A stretch of DNA of 64,000 nt. Source: Octopus sinensis (lineage: Eukaryota). The position numbers were made by a program, and so were the translations under genes. This document shows positions 42,018 to 55,050 of the stretch, in pieces. How positions within the stretch are numbered: the first letter of the stretch is position 1; the number at the start of each line of letters is the position of its first letter. The notes under the pieces are model-generated. The model saw only the letters and a program-made list of their open reading frames with translations. It had not been told where the DNA came from and ran no database searches. The stretch covers positions 68,820,001-68,884,000 of the forward strand of contig NC_043005.1 of assembly GCF_006345805.1 (NCBI RefSeq), written 5' to 3'.

Positions 42018-42963
42018 CATGATAGAGAACCACTTCATAAGCTCTAAAATACAATCCAAAATAGAAAACAAATTAAAATTGGAAACTATGGAACAAAGGA
42101 ATTTATACAAGAACTAAAACCAGATCTTACTGAATTAAATTAAATTATGTACGCATCTTCTAAGACAATTGAAACCAACAGTATTCCTCTGAAAAAAACA
42201 AAAACAAAGAAATACAAACCTGTGAAGAATTCCAAATTGGAAAAGTAAAATTGAAGAAGAGATTGAAATAATGAGAGGGGAAATATCAATATTGAATGAT
42301 TTAATCTGTGGAAACAAGGTAAAAACCTGAAAGGGAAGAAAAATGAAGTGCAAACATAGATTCTCACCAAGAGGCGAACGGCTTTCAACAAAAGAAACAC
42401 TGCAACAAAAATATATGCATGGATATATGTGTGTGTATGTGTGTATGTGCGTGTATGTATGTAAATATATATATGGAGAGAGAGAGAGAGAGAGACATAT
42501 ACATATACATATATATACATGTGTGTTTGTGTGTGTGTAAGTGTGTGTGTTGTGTGCATAGTCACAGCAACACAAACATAGGTGCACGAATGAGAAGCGA
42601 GTCATAAGTGAACCATTGTTAAAACTCTTAAAATGATATATCACATGTAAGGCAGTTATGGATGCTCCTCATTGCTGAAGGTTTGGAAGTAGTGATGGAT
42701 AGAACCCAAAGAGCATGCAGTGACAGAAAGAATTATATAATGTTATTGGAATGAAATCCTCTAAGCAGTTCATTGACGACTGTGTTGATGGAAAATAGCT
42801 AAAAAAACGAAAACGAATAAACGAAAGAGATAAACGTATCCAGGAACCCGGAGAAATGAATAAAATGCATATAAACGGAAAATATATGGTCTCTTTCTAA
42901 GCAGAAATACATCATAAACTCCATTATGTTTTCTACCAATACGAAAATAATGATGGAAATAAG
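41995..42963 (-). repeat. Right arm of ~1-kb inverted duplication
   Basis: Reverse complement of 39529-40635, minus the insertions. Confidence 0.95.
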
Positions 42964-43620
42964 CATCACCTTCATAGTGCTTCTGTTATTACATCGATTA
43001 ATGCAATCATTGACATCATTATTATTGCAATCAATTCTACAATTACAAACAATACTGTCGCTATTATTAAAATTCGAACCCATAAAAACGCAGCACCTGT
43101 TTTTCGCTACTTGTTAGCATCAACTCGCAAACCTGTTTCAGTTTAAATCTATCACGTAAAAACATAGAGAAAAGAAACGTATTAGACTATTAAATAACGA
43201 CTCTCAGATACAAAATTATAGGAATATGTGTGTTTGCGTGTGCTTCTGTGTGTAATTATGTGAGTCCAATAAAATTAGGAAAAGCATAAATTTCACAGAT
43301 ATATTATAATTTGATTACGTTCAGTAGCTGCTTCATTAGGAATAAACGTCACTGTTTGTATAATTAAATTTTTAAGATATATAATTTATTAAATTGAATT
43401 TAAATTTGTTTAATATAATGTTATTCCAAAGTAATCAGGAATATCATGTGCAAAGGTAGCCACCAATATTTGCAATTAAATCGTTTACATCTCCAGTGTC
43501 TATTAGTGGAAAATTATCTGGTACTTTATGATAAAATACTCATCAGGTTTTGGTAAATAGTAATTCCATGTGACAGACAGAAAATTAGCAGCAATATTAT
43601 AAGAAAGAAAATTGTTTTCG

Positions 43621-43805
43621 GAGACGACGAACTTGCAGAATCGTTAGCACATCGGGAAAATTGCTCAACTGTATTTCGTCCTTCCTTACGTACTGAATAC
43701 AATTTCACAGACGATAAATTAAGTACCAACTGAGCACAAGGGTCGATGTAATCGACAAAGTCCTTTCCCCCAAGTTTCAGGCTTTGTGTCTCTAGTAGAA
43801 AAGGA
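43621..43805 (+). mobile_element. SINE family A, internally deleted
   Basis: GCAGAATCGTTAGCAC...CGATAAATTAAGTACCA...GGTCGATGTAATCGAC. Confidence 0.8.
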
Positions 43806-44268
43806 CATATTTGAAAAATTTTATTACTTTGATAATTCTTTCGTTTATATTACTCCATAATTATTAAAGCAATAATCTGTTTTGTTGATAATTTTCATAG
43901 CATGTACTTATATTACAACGCTATTATTTTTATTATTCGTATTATACACATACACACACACACACACGTGTGTATTTCTTAAATTACGTAGGAGTGTAAG
44001 TTGCAATACTAATGTATAGTTGCACTGTACAATTTATCGCATACGTACTAGTACATGCATGTAGAATATGTTATGCTCTAAGATATATTAATTTTACATA
44101 TGGGCTGCGAAACGTCCGTCTTTCTATGGATAACAACTGGATCACTAAAGGTATTGGTCTCATACCTCCTGGCCTTATTTATATATTGCATATGAGTACG
44201 CGCGAGCGTTTGTGTACGTGTGCGTATGTGAGTCCGATTGTGCATACAAATACGTACTTATATATATA

Positions 44269-44301
<33 letters not shown>

Positions 44302-45134
44302 ACATTAGGGTGAATTGAAGAAATGGAGCTGAACGCAGATTGAACAGAATCGTTTTTATTTCATTCTACACGTGTTTCGAAAGGCACAAATTACCAAAAT
44401 CCGATTGAATAATGGGACCATTGTGTCTTTCTCTTCAGGAAGAAAAAAGGAAATCCGTTGGAAAAACAAAAACATAACAGAGGCGGAGCAAAAAACAAAT
44501 CGAACTGTGCTCCCAAGAGCCATGGCGAACTGTTTATCAGTGTATGTTGAGAACCGGTGGCTGAAGAATTCAACGGGTCAGGCATCGGTCAATCATGTGG
44601 GTGAGGGTGTATAGATGTTCTTTGTGACGGAGAATAAAGTTCTGACTATTTAAAGAATATTGGATGTTTTATAAGTGGCGAGAAAAACTACTTAGAGACG
44701 TGTGTGTGTGTATACTGTTCTATATATGTGTGTGTTGGCGTAGGGGTAGAAAACATTTTTTGTGTACGTGTGTGCGTTTGATCGTTCGGCTGTCAGTGGC
44801 TACTGCCGTGATAACCGTTGGGTGGCAGAAAGAAAAAAAAAAAATATATATATATATATATATTATGTTTTATGTGTGTGTGTGTTCATCTAAGCCTACC
44901 TTGTCAAGGAAACCCCCCGCTGTGAAAAAACCAAGCCCCGTTTGTCTTACAGGAGTAATTCCCCTTGCAGTGGTCAATCGTAGATATCTTAAAGGCTATT
45001 TCTAGTGGGCTTTTCAAATCAAATCAGTTCTGGGAAGTTTGAACATTTTATAGTTTTGTAGTAGTGGGTGAGGAGGAAGTGAGACAGAGAAAAAATGTGT
45101 GTATGTGTGTGTGTGTGTGTGTGTGTATGTGGTT

Positions 45135-45575
45135 GTGCGTGCGTGTGTGTGTGTGTGTGTGCGCGTTTATATCTGAGAGTGAAGAAGTGTTATTTCCGTT
45201 GGTCTACTGGACCGCCTGTGGTTTTATAAGAACTTTGGCCGTCCATTTCGATGTCACTGAGTGTGTGTTGTGCGTAGGTTGGCCTGGCAAATGTCATTTG
45301 GGTTCACACTTTCTATGATCATTCTGTGGAGTGTGTGTGTGTGTGTGTGTGGTCCTTGTGTCCCTGTGTGTTTTCGTGTTGCGTGCGTGTGTGTGTGTGT
45401 GTGTGCGCGTTTATATCTGAGAGTGAAGAAGTGTTATTTCCGTTGGTCTACTGGACCGCCTGTGGTTTTATAAGAACTTTGGCCGTCCATTTCGATGTCA
45501 CTGAGTGTGTGTTGTGCGTAGGTTGGCCTGGCAAATGTCATTTGGGTTCACACTTTCTATGATCATTTGTGGAGG
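45135..45575. repeat. Tandem duplication, period 244 bp, ~165-bp identical cores between (GT)n tracts
   Basis: GCGCGTTTATATCTGAGAGTG...CTATGATCATT at 45161 and 45405. Confidence 0.95.
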
Positions 45576-45648
45576 TTGTGTTGTGTGTGTGTGTGTGTCT
45601 CTGTGTGTCCCTGTTGTTTTCGTGTGCGTGCGTGTGGTGTGTGTGTGT

Positions 45649-45680
<32 letters not shown>

Positions 45681-45721
45681 CTGTGTGTTTGGAGAAGGGG
45701 AGAGAGACAAAAAGAGAAAGG

Positions 45722-45903
45722 GAAAATAAAAAAATAATAATAAAAAATAAAAAAAATATAGAAATATAAAAATAAATAAAAATATAAAATATAAAAAAAT
45801 ATAAAAAATAAAAATAAAAATAAAAAATAAAAAATAAAAGAAAATAAAATAAAAATATAAAAATAAAATAAAAAATAAAAAATAAAAATAAAAATAAAAA
45901 TAA
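45722..45903. repeat. (AAAAAT)n-type A-rich low-complexity tract
   Basis: Read directly. Confidence 0.9.
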
Positions 45904-47082
45904 GGGAGGAAGTGGAGAAGAAAAAATATTTTTGTGTGTTGATATTTATACCAACATATATATCACACACAGACTTATACATAAAATATTTGAAAAAACT
46001 TTTTATCGGTTCAAAATGAACAACCAATTATACCATCTTGAAAATTGTATATTATAGGAAAGTTAAAATTAAAGTGACAATTAAAAGGTAAAGATGGAAG
46101 TGAATTATAAAGATAATAATATAATATGATGTATATAACAGGCAATACACACATCTACACACACACAGATTTGTCCTTCAATGTATGTTGAGTAAAGTTT
46201 CAGCCATTTAATTTGGGGGAGAACTTAGCTATGAAATGTTTTTCCATATTCCTCCTGAAGGGGGTGTCGTTCTTCGGACACTTGGAGAAGGGAAATATCT
46301 TAAATTTTCCTTCTCCACATGTAGCTAGGTGTGTGCTTAGTGGTATATATATATGCTTGTTTTCAGTCGTCATGTCGCGTTGTGCAGGGAGTGGTGGTGT
46401 TATTTTTCTATTCGAGTATTCAGTTTAGATTCACTACGAACACCTTACCACCTTCCCATTAATTTTCTCTCTCGTTTATAGTCTGTGTAAGTTTGATCTA
46501 CTTATATATTGATATCTCTATGTTTATCCTTAAATATTCGTCGTCTGAAAATCTCCAGTCTTTGATTTATATGAATTGACTATATAACGATATATATATA
46601 TATTGTATAACATACACAAACTTTTTGCATATAATTTGTTTATCCATGTAATTGCCTCTCCCAACCACTGTTTGCCGGCCTGTCTGTTTCTTTCTTTCTT
46701 TCTCTGTTTCAATCTGTATACATACATAAGAATGAATGTTTTTATATATAATGAACGTGAAATACAGGAAGGGACGAACACGGAACACAGACAAATCATT
46801 CGAAGCCTTCAATCTTCAGTCAGACACCGAATCATCATAGCAAATTTCGGCTGTTCAATTCTGATATTTGCTCCAACTCGGCCAGCCCCAAGAAAAAAAA
46901 CTAAGCTGTAAGCATTAGATTTCTTGGTAGAAGACAGGAATGTGAACGCACAAGACGGATGTGAATACAAGAGACGAAAACGAAATTGAAAACAGTAATG
47001 AATAAACAAAAATATATATAACGGTGGTTGTCATACGACTTTAGACCAAATGAGACAAAAACAACAACAACAACATAGCTGG

Positions 47083-47153
<71 letters not shown>

Positions 47154-48534
47154 GGAGGAAAAGTACTCACATTTACTTGGAGTGAAATGCATTTAACTGC
47201 TGTTTACCTATGTCCAACTTCAATCGATATATGCGTAGCTGACTGTTTGTCGTGGGAGTGTAATTCAATGAAATTCCTAATTTGAATGAATAAAACAAAA
47301 CAGAAAAAGATACAACTGTACTTGTTCATTTCTAATGATGGCCAGGAAATGGAGCTTTGTTTGTGTCTATTTTGGGACGTTTCTTTTTGCCTCTGTTTAT
47401 TGTATGTGAGTTTTTGCTAATATATATTTGGGTCTCTTGATTAACAATCTTTTAGTTTGTTTATGACGTGTTTATATCTATTTAGTAGATTAGATTTGCT
47501 TCTGTTGATGTGTGTCATTTTATGTTTATTGTCTTTGGGTGTTATTACACGTGTGCAATTTGCAAATTTATCTTTATTTTGTATATCCCTACCCGTGCTT
47601 TACTAAACTGAACGTTTGAAATAGGAAAATCTTCATCTGGAAATAGTTACGAATGAATGGTCTAAAATATGACGGTAATTCATGAGGATACTCATAACTG
47701 AGTGTTCATTAATATTATGACGTTTGAATGCTTTGGCGTTAAGATTGAAATATTCAAATGTTTTGTTTGTGAGTTGGATGAATGAGATGACAGCGATTTT
47801 ATAATTAAACTAATCAAACTGATAAGATATGTTTTAAGCTATTATTCAACATTATTATCAGTTTGATTAGCTTAATTATAAAGTGCACAGCTATGGAAGA
47901 ATATGCAAGTATCACGCATTAAATATGATGTACAGGGTCAGTGACAGTATGATAAAATTTTCTAATTATTTTCTAAGACTTACTTGCGTATATAAATTGC
48001 ATTACATTTAGACTGTCTAATAGATTATAAGTGGTTTGGGGCGTTGTGTGAAGAGAAGTTTTGTTTGTGGTGTATCGACATAAGCAGCTTGTTCTTTGCG
48101 TACGTCATTTTGTTTTGGTCAAGACATATTGTTTTTTTTGTGTTTATGCACGTCTATGTGTATTATAAATTTACTTTCCATTGAGAGGTGTTTGATCATG
48201 TAATGTGGATATCAGTATTTTGTATGTCCAAGGCAGTAAAATTGTTTTTATCTGTTTGGATGTTTGGTCTGTTTTGAAGATGAATTTATCTTGGTGTCAT
48301 AATCGTGACTCAAAACCTCTTATTCACTTGCTTTGTTGTTTGACACGATTATGTTGTAACCTTTTTATATGGTGATATACTGAATATTATTTCGCCAATT
48401 TTTTATTTGCCGTTATATTTTCTTCAAATCCGAGATACGTTTAGACCGAGATGTTCACGGACGGTGTGTTTCGTGTATCGGTATTTAATGATAACATTTG
48501 TAGTACAGTTGTTGTTTGGACATTGATTTAGATA

Positions 48535-48933
48535 TTTTTTACATGTTTTAGTCATTTGACTGTGGCCATGCTGGAGCACCGACTTTAGTCGAACAAATCG
48601 ACACGAAGACTTATTCCTTGTAAGCCTAGTACTTATTCTATTTATCTCTTTTGCCGAACCGCTAGGTTACGGGGACGTGAACATACCACCATCTGTTGTC
48701 AAGCGGTGTTGGGGGGGGGGGGCAACACAGACACACAAACATATACACACACATATAAATATATATATATATATAGACATATATACGACGGGCTTCTTTT
48801 CAGTTTCCGTCTACCAAATTCGCCCACAAGCCTTTGGTTGGCCCTTTGGTTGCCCCAGGTGCCACGCAGAGGGACTGAACCCGGCACCATGTGGTTCGTA
48901 AGCAAGCTACTTACCACGCAGCCACTCCTACGT
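48535..48933 (-). mobile_element. tRNA-derived SINE family B (CORE-like)
   Basis: Minus strand reads GTAGGAGTGGCTGCGTGGTAAG...GGGTTCAGTCCC...GGCACCTGGGGCAA..., internal (TA/TG)n, tail GCTCCAGCATGGCCACAGTCAAATGACT. Confidence 0.92.
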
Positions 48934-49029
48934 CTATTTCCTATGATTTATTTTTAATTTGAGCATTAGTTTAGCCTTCTCATAGTGTTTTGCTTTGTTG
49001 ACGTTAAGTTTGAACTGTTCGAAAGGTAA

Positions 49030-49260
49030 TAACACATGCTTTCTCTCCCGCAATGACATACATTTTCATACGTGTTTGCCCGATCATTGATCCATCGTTT
49101 TGATATCAATAAGTTCAACCGAATAATTTTTCTGCAGCTGTAGAAAACTTCTGCATTGTTTCTGTTGAGCAGCTTGTCTAATTTGCTCTCTACTGGAAAG
49201 TCTATTGTGTACTCTAACTTTGTTATATTTACGTTAAGAGTAGACATTTCTGATCGAGCA
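49030..49260 (-). mobile_element. Highly degenerate PLE RT-endonuclease linker
   Basis: FPVESKLDKLLNRNNAEVFYSC...NVCHCGRESMC resembles the PLE linker FP..HKLHKIFNRNxVKVSYSC...CNCR...CP. Confidence 0.55.
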
Positions 49261-49586
49261 GCTATTCACGTGCAGTAATTTATTGGATATTCAGCAGGGG
49301 TTGAGGTTTATCTGTCTTTCATTGTCGACTGTATTGCATCGTCGATTAATTACTAATATTCTGAGGCTTCTGCGAAAGAATTCTTATCGAGGGTGAGTGT
49401 ATAACTTCTACGCTTTTAAGTGAAATGAACTAGGTGCTTTTTAAGTGTAGTAAGTTTAGCTGTTCAGGTTAATCTTTGCTTGAAAACGGCTTGATGTTAT
49501 TTCGTTCCCTTGTCTGAATATGTGCAGTTGAAACACCACCTAACCTTTGCAGTACCACATAATTTTTTAATGGTTTTATCTAATAT

Positions 49587-49941
49587 TTCTTTTAGTTGTT
49601 TGAGTTATTTGACAGCGGCCATTCTGGAACACCACCTTTAGTCGAACGGTCTCTTATACCGAACAGCTAAGTTACGGGTACATAAACACACCAGCATTAG
49701 TCAAGTGTTGGTCGACGGAACAAATATGAACATACAAATACATACACACATATATATATATATACATATATACATATATACATGACGAGCTTCTTTCAGT
49801 GTCCGTCTACCAAATCCACTCACAAGGCATTGGTCGGTTCGAGGGTATAGTAGAAGACACTTGTCCAAGATGCTAAGCAGTGGGACTGAACCCAGAACAG
49901 TGTAGTTGGGAAGTAAGTTTCTTACTACACAGCGACTCCTG
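49587..49941 (-). mobile_element. SINE family B
   Basis: CCGTCTACCAAATCCACTCACAAGGC...GAAGACACTTG.CCAAG...CAGTGGGACTGAACCC. Confidence 0.9.
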
Positions 49942-49952
49942 AAAACATATGC

Positions 49953-50020
<68 letters not shown>

Positions 50021-51036
50021 CATACATATACATATATATAAATTTTAAGATTTCACCTTTTATAAATTCAACAATGAAAAAAGTAAATTATTACATATAG
50101 AAAAAATTACATTCTATAGAGAAAATTAAATATATGATAAAAACATATGCCACTCACATACAATAACAGAGGCAAAAAGAAACGTCCCAAAATAGACACA
50201 AACAAAGCTCCATTTCCTGGCCATCATTAGAAATGAACAAGTACAGTTGTATCTTTTTCTGTTTTGTTTTATTCATTCAAATTAGGAATTTCATTGAATT
50301 ACAATGATAATAAATAAATAAAACGTATATATTTGGTAAAGTGCGATGTCTCGACCATCTTCTCTGCTATGTTACTAATTCGTAAAACACTACGAGAGAA
50401 GAAATTTAGCAACGTAGACATTAATAGTTGCAAAAAATAAATTCACTATTCTTCTTTAATACATAGTGTCAAAAGTAAATTTTGCCAGCTGAAAATATTT
50501 ATTTTCTCACATAAATTACACATGAAAACTAAAATTTATTTCGTCATGATATGTTACTATTGTACTCGGAAATCAGTATGATACATTCATTAATAAAATA
50601 TGCCGAAGTTCAATAACCTATTTTTGTTAAGGTTATTATGAACCCATATTCTTTTATCACAAGGGTGTATTGCGAAATTTTAAAAATCGTTGTACGAATA
50701 AAGGTGGGTAAATGCGTATTGGGTGCCCATAATTTTATGCTTCTCAGATAAGAGCAGTGTTATATGAAATTATATATTTCTGATCAATAGCAAAAGAAGG
50801 AGTAACAGTAATTTTCATAAGCGTTTAGATTGAAAGGAGTTCTGCAATCTCTTGAGGGGAGAGTTGGTATAATCGTATCGGTTGATCATGATTATAATTA
50901 AGACGGTTAGATATCGCATTAAAACAAATGAAGCAATTCAATGAATGGAGTACGTAACAATGCAATGCCATAAACCGAATTTGTGTCTAAACGTTTGTCT
51001 TAAAAGTTAAGTTTTTCATGAAAATGTCTATAAGAA

Positions 51037-52908
51037 ACGGATCCAGGTCTATTCGCCGTAAGGCATTTCGCTGTAGGACAATTGACCGTAGGTCTATTCA
51101 CCGTAAAGCAATATTTTCACCGTAAGACAATATTTTGAGGATATTTTGCCGCAAGGACATTTGTAGTAAAGCATGAACAGAGAAAGATAAAAAAAATAAA
51201 ACTAAAATTAATAGAGATCATACGCTTTGTTTCAAAAGATAAGCTAACAAACTAAAAAGCTAAAAATCATTGACATTGCATGCAAATAATGTTGTTTTTG
51301 ATTTTGATTGTAAACTGTGACAATGCTTAGTATGTGCATATAAACATCTTTGTAATTTTTCTTGGTTGCGGTTTCTCGCATAGTTTACCTTCTTTTTAGA
51401 AAGAGATTCTTCATTTCTCAAGAGATTTTTAAGTTACAATAAATTTGATGAGTATTTCTAACAAATGCTTGCAGCGCATCATGGAAACCATCTGTTCTAT
51501 TTTTGGTGTTAGCCAGCTGATTTAGGGTTCTTTCATACATATTCCAAAGTAGGAGGTACTCTTCGGCTACGAACTCCCCTACCTCTCTCCCCACCAATGT
51601 AATGCTTTACAAAATATGCCACAAATTGTGACAAGTTATCGAACAGACAAATACATACGTTCTATAAATGCATCGATAGTGTTTGGAGGCGGGATGAATG
51701 TAAGTGTCATAAGGCACTTTACTTTTGTGTTAAAATCAGAATTAGTTTGATATCGCACCTTTAAGCCCAAAATCTGTCAACTTTCTGTAAACATTTAGAC
51801 AGGCATAAACAACAACAACAAAAACCCCCCCCCAAAAAAAAACAGCATGTTATATTTGAAAATGGAAAATTGTCAGAAAAAGTTAGAAAACTAGCTTGTT
51901 CAAAATGAATTATTAGATCTTCTTGTCTTTGGGACTCTAGCAAATCCTTAACCTTTTGAAAAAACCTATTGTATGTGTCAAGAGCCTTATTCGGAAAGAG
52001 ACCGTAAAATCGTGGCCTATGTTAGCATGTAAAGTATATAACTGATAATAAATTACAGGACAGACCTTAAATGCTCCATAACATGCCCAATTCTTATGTA
52101 TTTCTTGATCGTGCCACCCTGCGGTCGTATCAAATATCAACATTCTGTTTTCATCTTCCATCTCACTATCGTTGAGTAAAATTCTTTCTCTATTCTGTAG
52201 AAACGTAAATTCTTCGGGAATTACATAGCCGATTCTTCATCTAGGTATAGAAGGGAACTTTTCTTCTTTTTGTCTCCAACTTCTAATGTTTTTTCGATAA
52301 AATCGAAGTTGATGGCACAAGAGAGCGTCCTTCATCCTCCAATTCTCCACATGCGGCACCAATCAAAGAGCTTCAAGTTAACTGAGATTGAAGTGCATTT
52401 TCTTTCATATGTGCATTTTTGGTTGATTAGGATTCAATGCATGTATATGCACATTTATAATTTTACAAATAGAGATCACTCCTCTACTCAGCTTTACTCT
52501 TTGAATCAAAACACTTTAAATAGACTTTGCCTCCATATTTTATTTCTAGCCTATAAAGTTAGTGTTGTCTGCGGGCTCATCACAACCTCCGCTGCTTTTA
52601 ATAGAGTACTTAATATTGTAAGAGTTTAAGTTTCACCTTTTATAGACAAATATTGTAAATGGTCGAAGTAACCTCTCAAAACAAGCTTTTTGCTTTTGAA
52701 TTTTCAAGATAAGCTTGCTATTTTAAAATAAATATTAAACGACATTTCTGTTTATAAATTATCAATTCAACAATAAATACTATTCCTTTATCTACCTTAT
52801 TTAATTAACGACGCAGTTTCAAGCTTCTAATCGTCACCGCAAAATGTCGAATTGTCTACGGTCAATTGTCCTACGGGGAGTTTGTTTACGGCAAATTGTG
52901 CGGCCACC
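51037..52908 (-). mobile_element. Mutator-like (MULE) DNA transposon relic with TIRs
   Basis: RMLIFDT...WACYGAFKVCPVIYYQLYTLH (cf. W..DGTFK.CP..FYQLYTIH) and WNMYERTLNQLANTKNRTDGFH (cf. RTNN..EGWH). The ends share GTAGGACAATTGACCGTAG / CTACGGTCAATTGTCCTAC in 15-bp sub-repeats. Confidence 0.88.
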
Positions 52909-53356
52909 ACATGAAACAGGTACCATGCCTTTCATTCTTATTGGAATATAAAACGATGTGATCTGCAAAACCAAGTAATAAATATTATTTATATGTATAG
53001 TATTGAAGTTGTTACCATAATTTTTAATGATTCATATTATTTCCGTTACCCTCTTTGCTTGAGGAAAATAAAAATATCATATTTAAGATAGCTGTTTCAA
53101 TAATTGCACATTTTTTTGTCACAATGAATTAATAAATTATTTGAGTGGTTTCAGCTGCAAAATTACTTGCGTAGAGCTTGGTTTTCATATCATGTAACAG
53201 TTCTTGTTCCATCCTATTACTGGTCTATGAGTTCAGTCATTTTATTATTACTGACATTCAGTTTATACATTAAAAATTAAGAGAATGGAAAGCATAAACC
53301 CTTAAAGGGAATCTAATAGTAATTTCTCAAAAAAGGGAAACTCTGACTATATATAT

Positions 53357-53397
<41 letters not shown>

Positions 53398-53400
<3 letters not shown>

Positions 53401-53805
53401 TAGAAGTGACTGTGTGGTAAGTAGCGTGCTTACCAGCCACGTGGTTCCGGGTTCATTCCCACCACGCGGCACCTTGGACGAGTGCCTTGTACTATAACCA
53501 CGGACCGACGAAACCCTTGTCAGTGGATTTGGTAGACGGAAACTGAAAGAAGCATTTCGTATATATGCATATATATATATATATGTATGTATATGTTTGC
53601 GCGATATTGTTTGTCCCCCCAAATCATTTGACAACCGTTGGTGGTATGTTTACATCCCCGTAACTTAGCGGTTCAGCAAAAGAGACCGATAATATAATTA
53701 CTATGCTTCCAAAGAATAAATATCATGGGATCGATTGTTCGACTAAAGGCGGTGCTCCAGCATGGCGGCAGTCAAATGACTGAAACGAGTAAAAAAATAA
53801 AAGAG
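53398..53805 (+). mobile_element. SINE family B, full length
   Basis: tRNA head (GTGTGGTAAG; GGGTTCATTCCC), CORE-like GCACCTTGGACGAGTG, internal (TA)n, LINE-type tail. Confidence 0.92.
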
Positions 53806-53807
53806 TG

Positions 53808-53858
<51 letters not shown>

Positions 53859-53997
53859 AATATACAAAGGGCAGGAAGCTCTTTTCATTTCTACGCACCA
53901 CTTTCCTTGCGTAATGGAACTGCAAATATAACATATTCAAAAATGACTCCTCATATTGAACTCTAATATTTCCTTCTATTTAGCCATCTCACATCGA

Positions 53998-54042
53998 CTC
54001 TGATGAAGGGGTATCCCTAATATCCCAGAAACAGCTATAAGA
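53998..54042 (+). ncRNA. Degenerate minimal hammerhead in a probable solo pLTR (~53865-54115)
   Basis: CT-CTGATGA-a-GGGGTA-tccctaa-TATCCC-a-GAAA-CAGCTA-TA-AG. Stem III is one change from the palindrome ACAGCTGT; stem I is only ~2 bp. Confidence 0.6.
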
Positions 54043-54680
54043 CTAACTTTCTCTTTATTATAAATATCCTGAAATTCCACACAGCCTTGGATTTGTTGTC
54101 TTATTTTATTTAACATATATAATACACATATATTTGATATATTATGAATTTAATCTTATTTGAAACAAAATAATAACATACATGTTTCTTCAAGGATTTA
54201 TGTATTCGCTCCTTGTATCGTTCAACTGATGCATCTATAATCTATTTATCTCCATTGCTTTCTCTCTCGAGTTCTGTTACCCCTTTTCCACCCTCGCTCA
54301 CTCCCTTATGCGCACTCATTTATTAATTTTAAATTGAACATTTCAAAATGTTGGTTTGAATGCTTGAGAATTTACCTTCTAGTATCGAATAGAAAGCTTC
54401 GTTGAATTTCATAAATAATTATCATATCAATAATTACGTTATTTATTCTTCAGATTAAATTAATGTATGTTCATTAAATTTACTGGTGATATATCTTTGT
54501 TATATATTTATAGATTTTTCAGCTATATCATGCCCGTTATATAATTAATTACGCATAAACAATCATACACACGTACATATATACAGAAATACATATATAC
54601 AGAAATAATACTTACATACATACACAAAAAACATAAATATATATATATATATATATATATACGTTTATAAATATATATGC

Positions 54681-54732
<52 letters not shown>

Positions 54733-55050
54733 ATGTGTGTGAGTGTGTATATATATATACATATATATATATATATGCGTGGATGTACATACACACACAT
54801 ATATATATATTCACTCGGTTATATATAGAAGCGTAAAACAAATGAGGGTAAATGATTAAAACTGAAGATTTAATAATCAGCTGGCAAGAGGAAACATAAT
54901 TAAATAGAAACTTGTTGGAATATTGTACATAAATACACTTGCGCACACATTCATTTGCACACATACATATTTGGATTGGAATATATAATGATACATCTAT
55001 CCATATACAGACTCACGGCTATAACTTTATATATATATATATATATATAA

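Larger units (their letters stand above)
47259..50303. repeat. ~152-bp inverted repeat pair (47259-47411 / 50152-50303) enclosing ~2.7 kb
   Basis: By eye the arms are identical apart from about one indel. Termini TGTAATT...AATTACA. Confidence 0.92.

Noticed and set aside
53398-53470. tRNA gene
   Set aside because: tRNA-like head of a SINE that continues into the SINE body; no proper cloverleaf.
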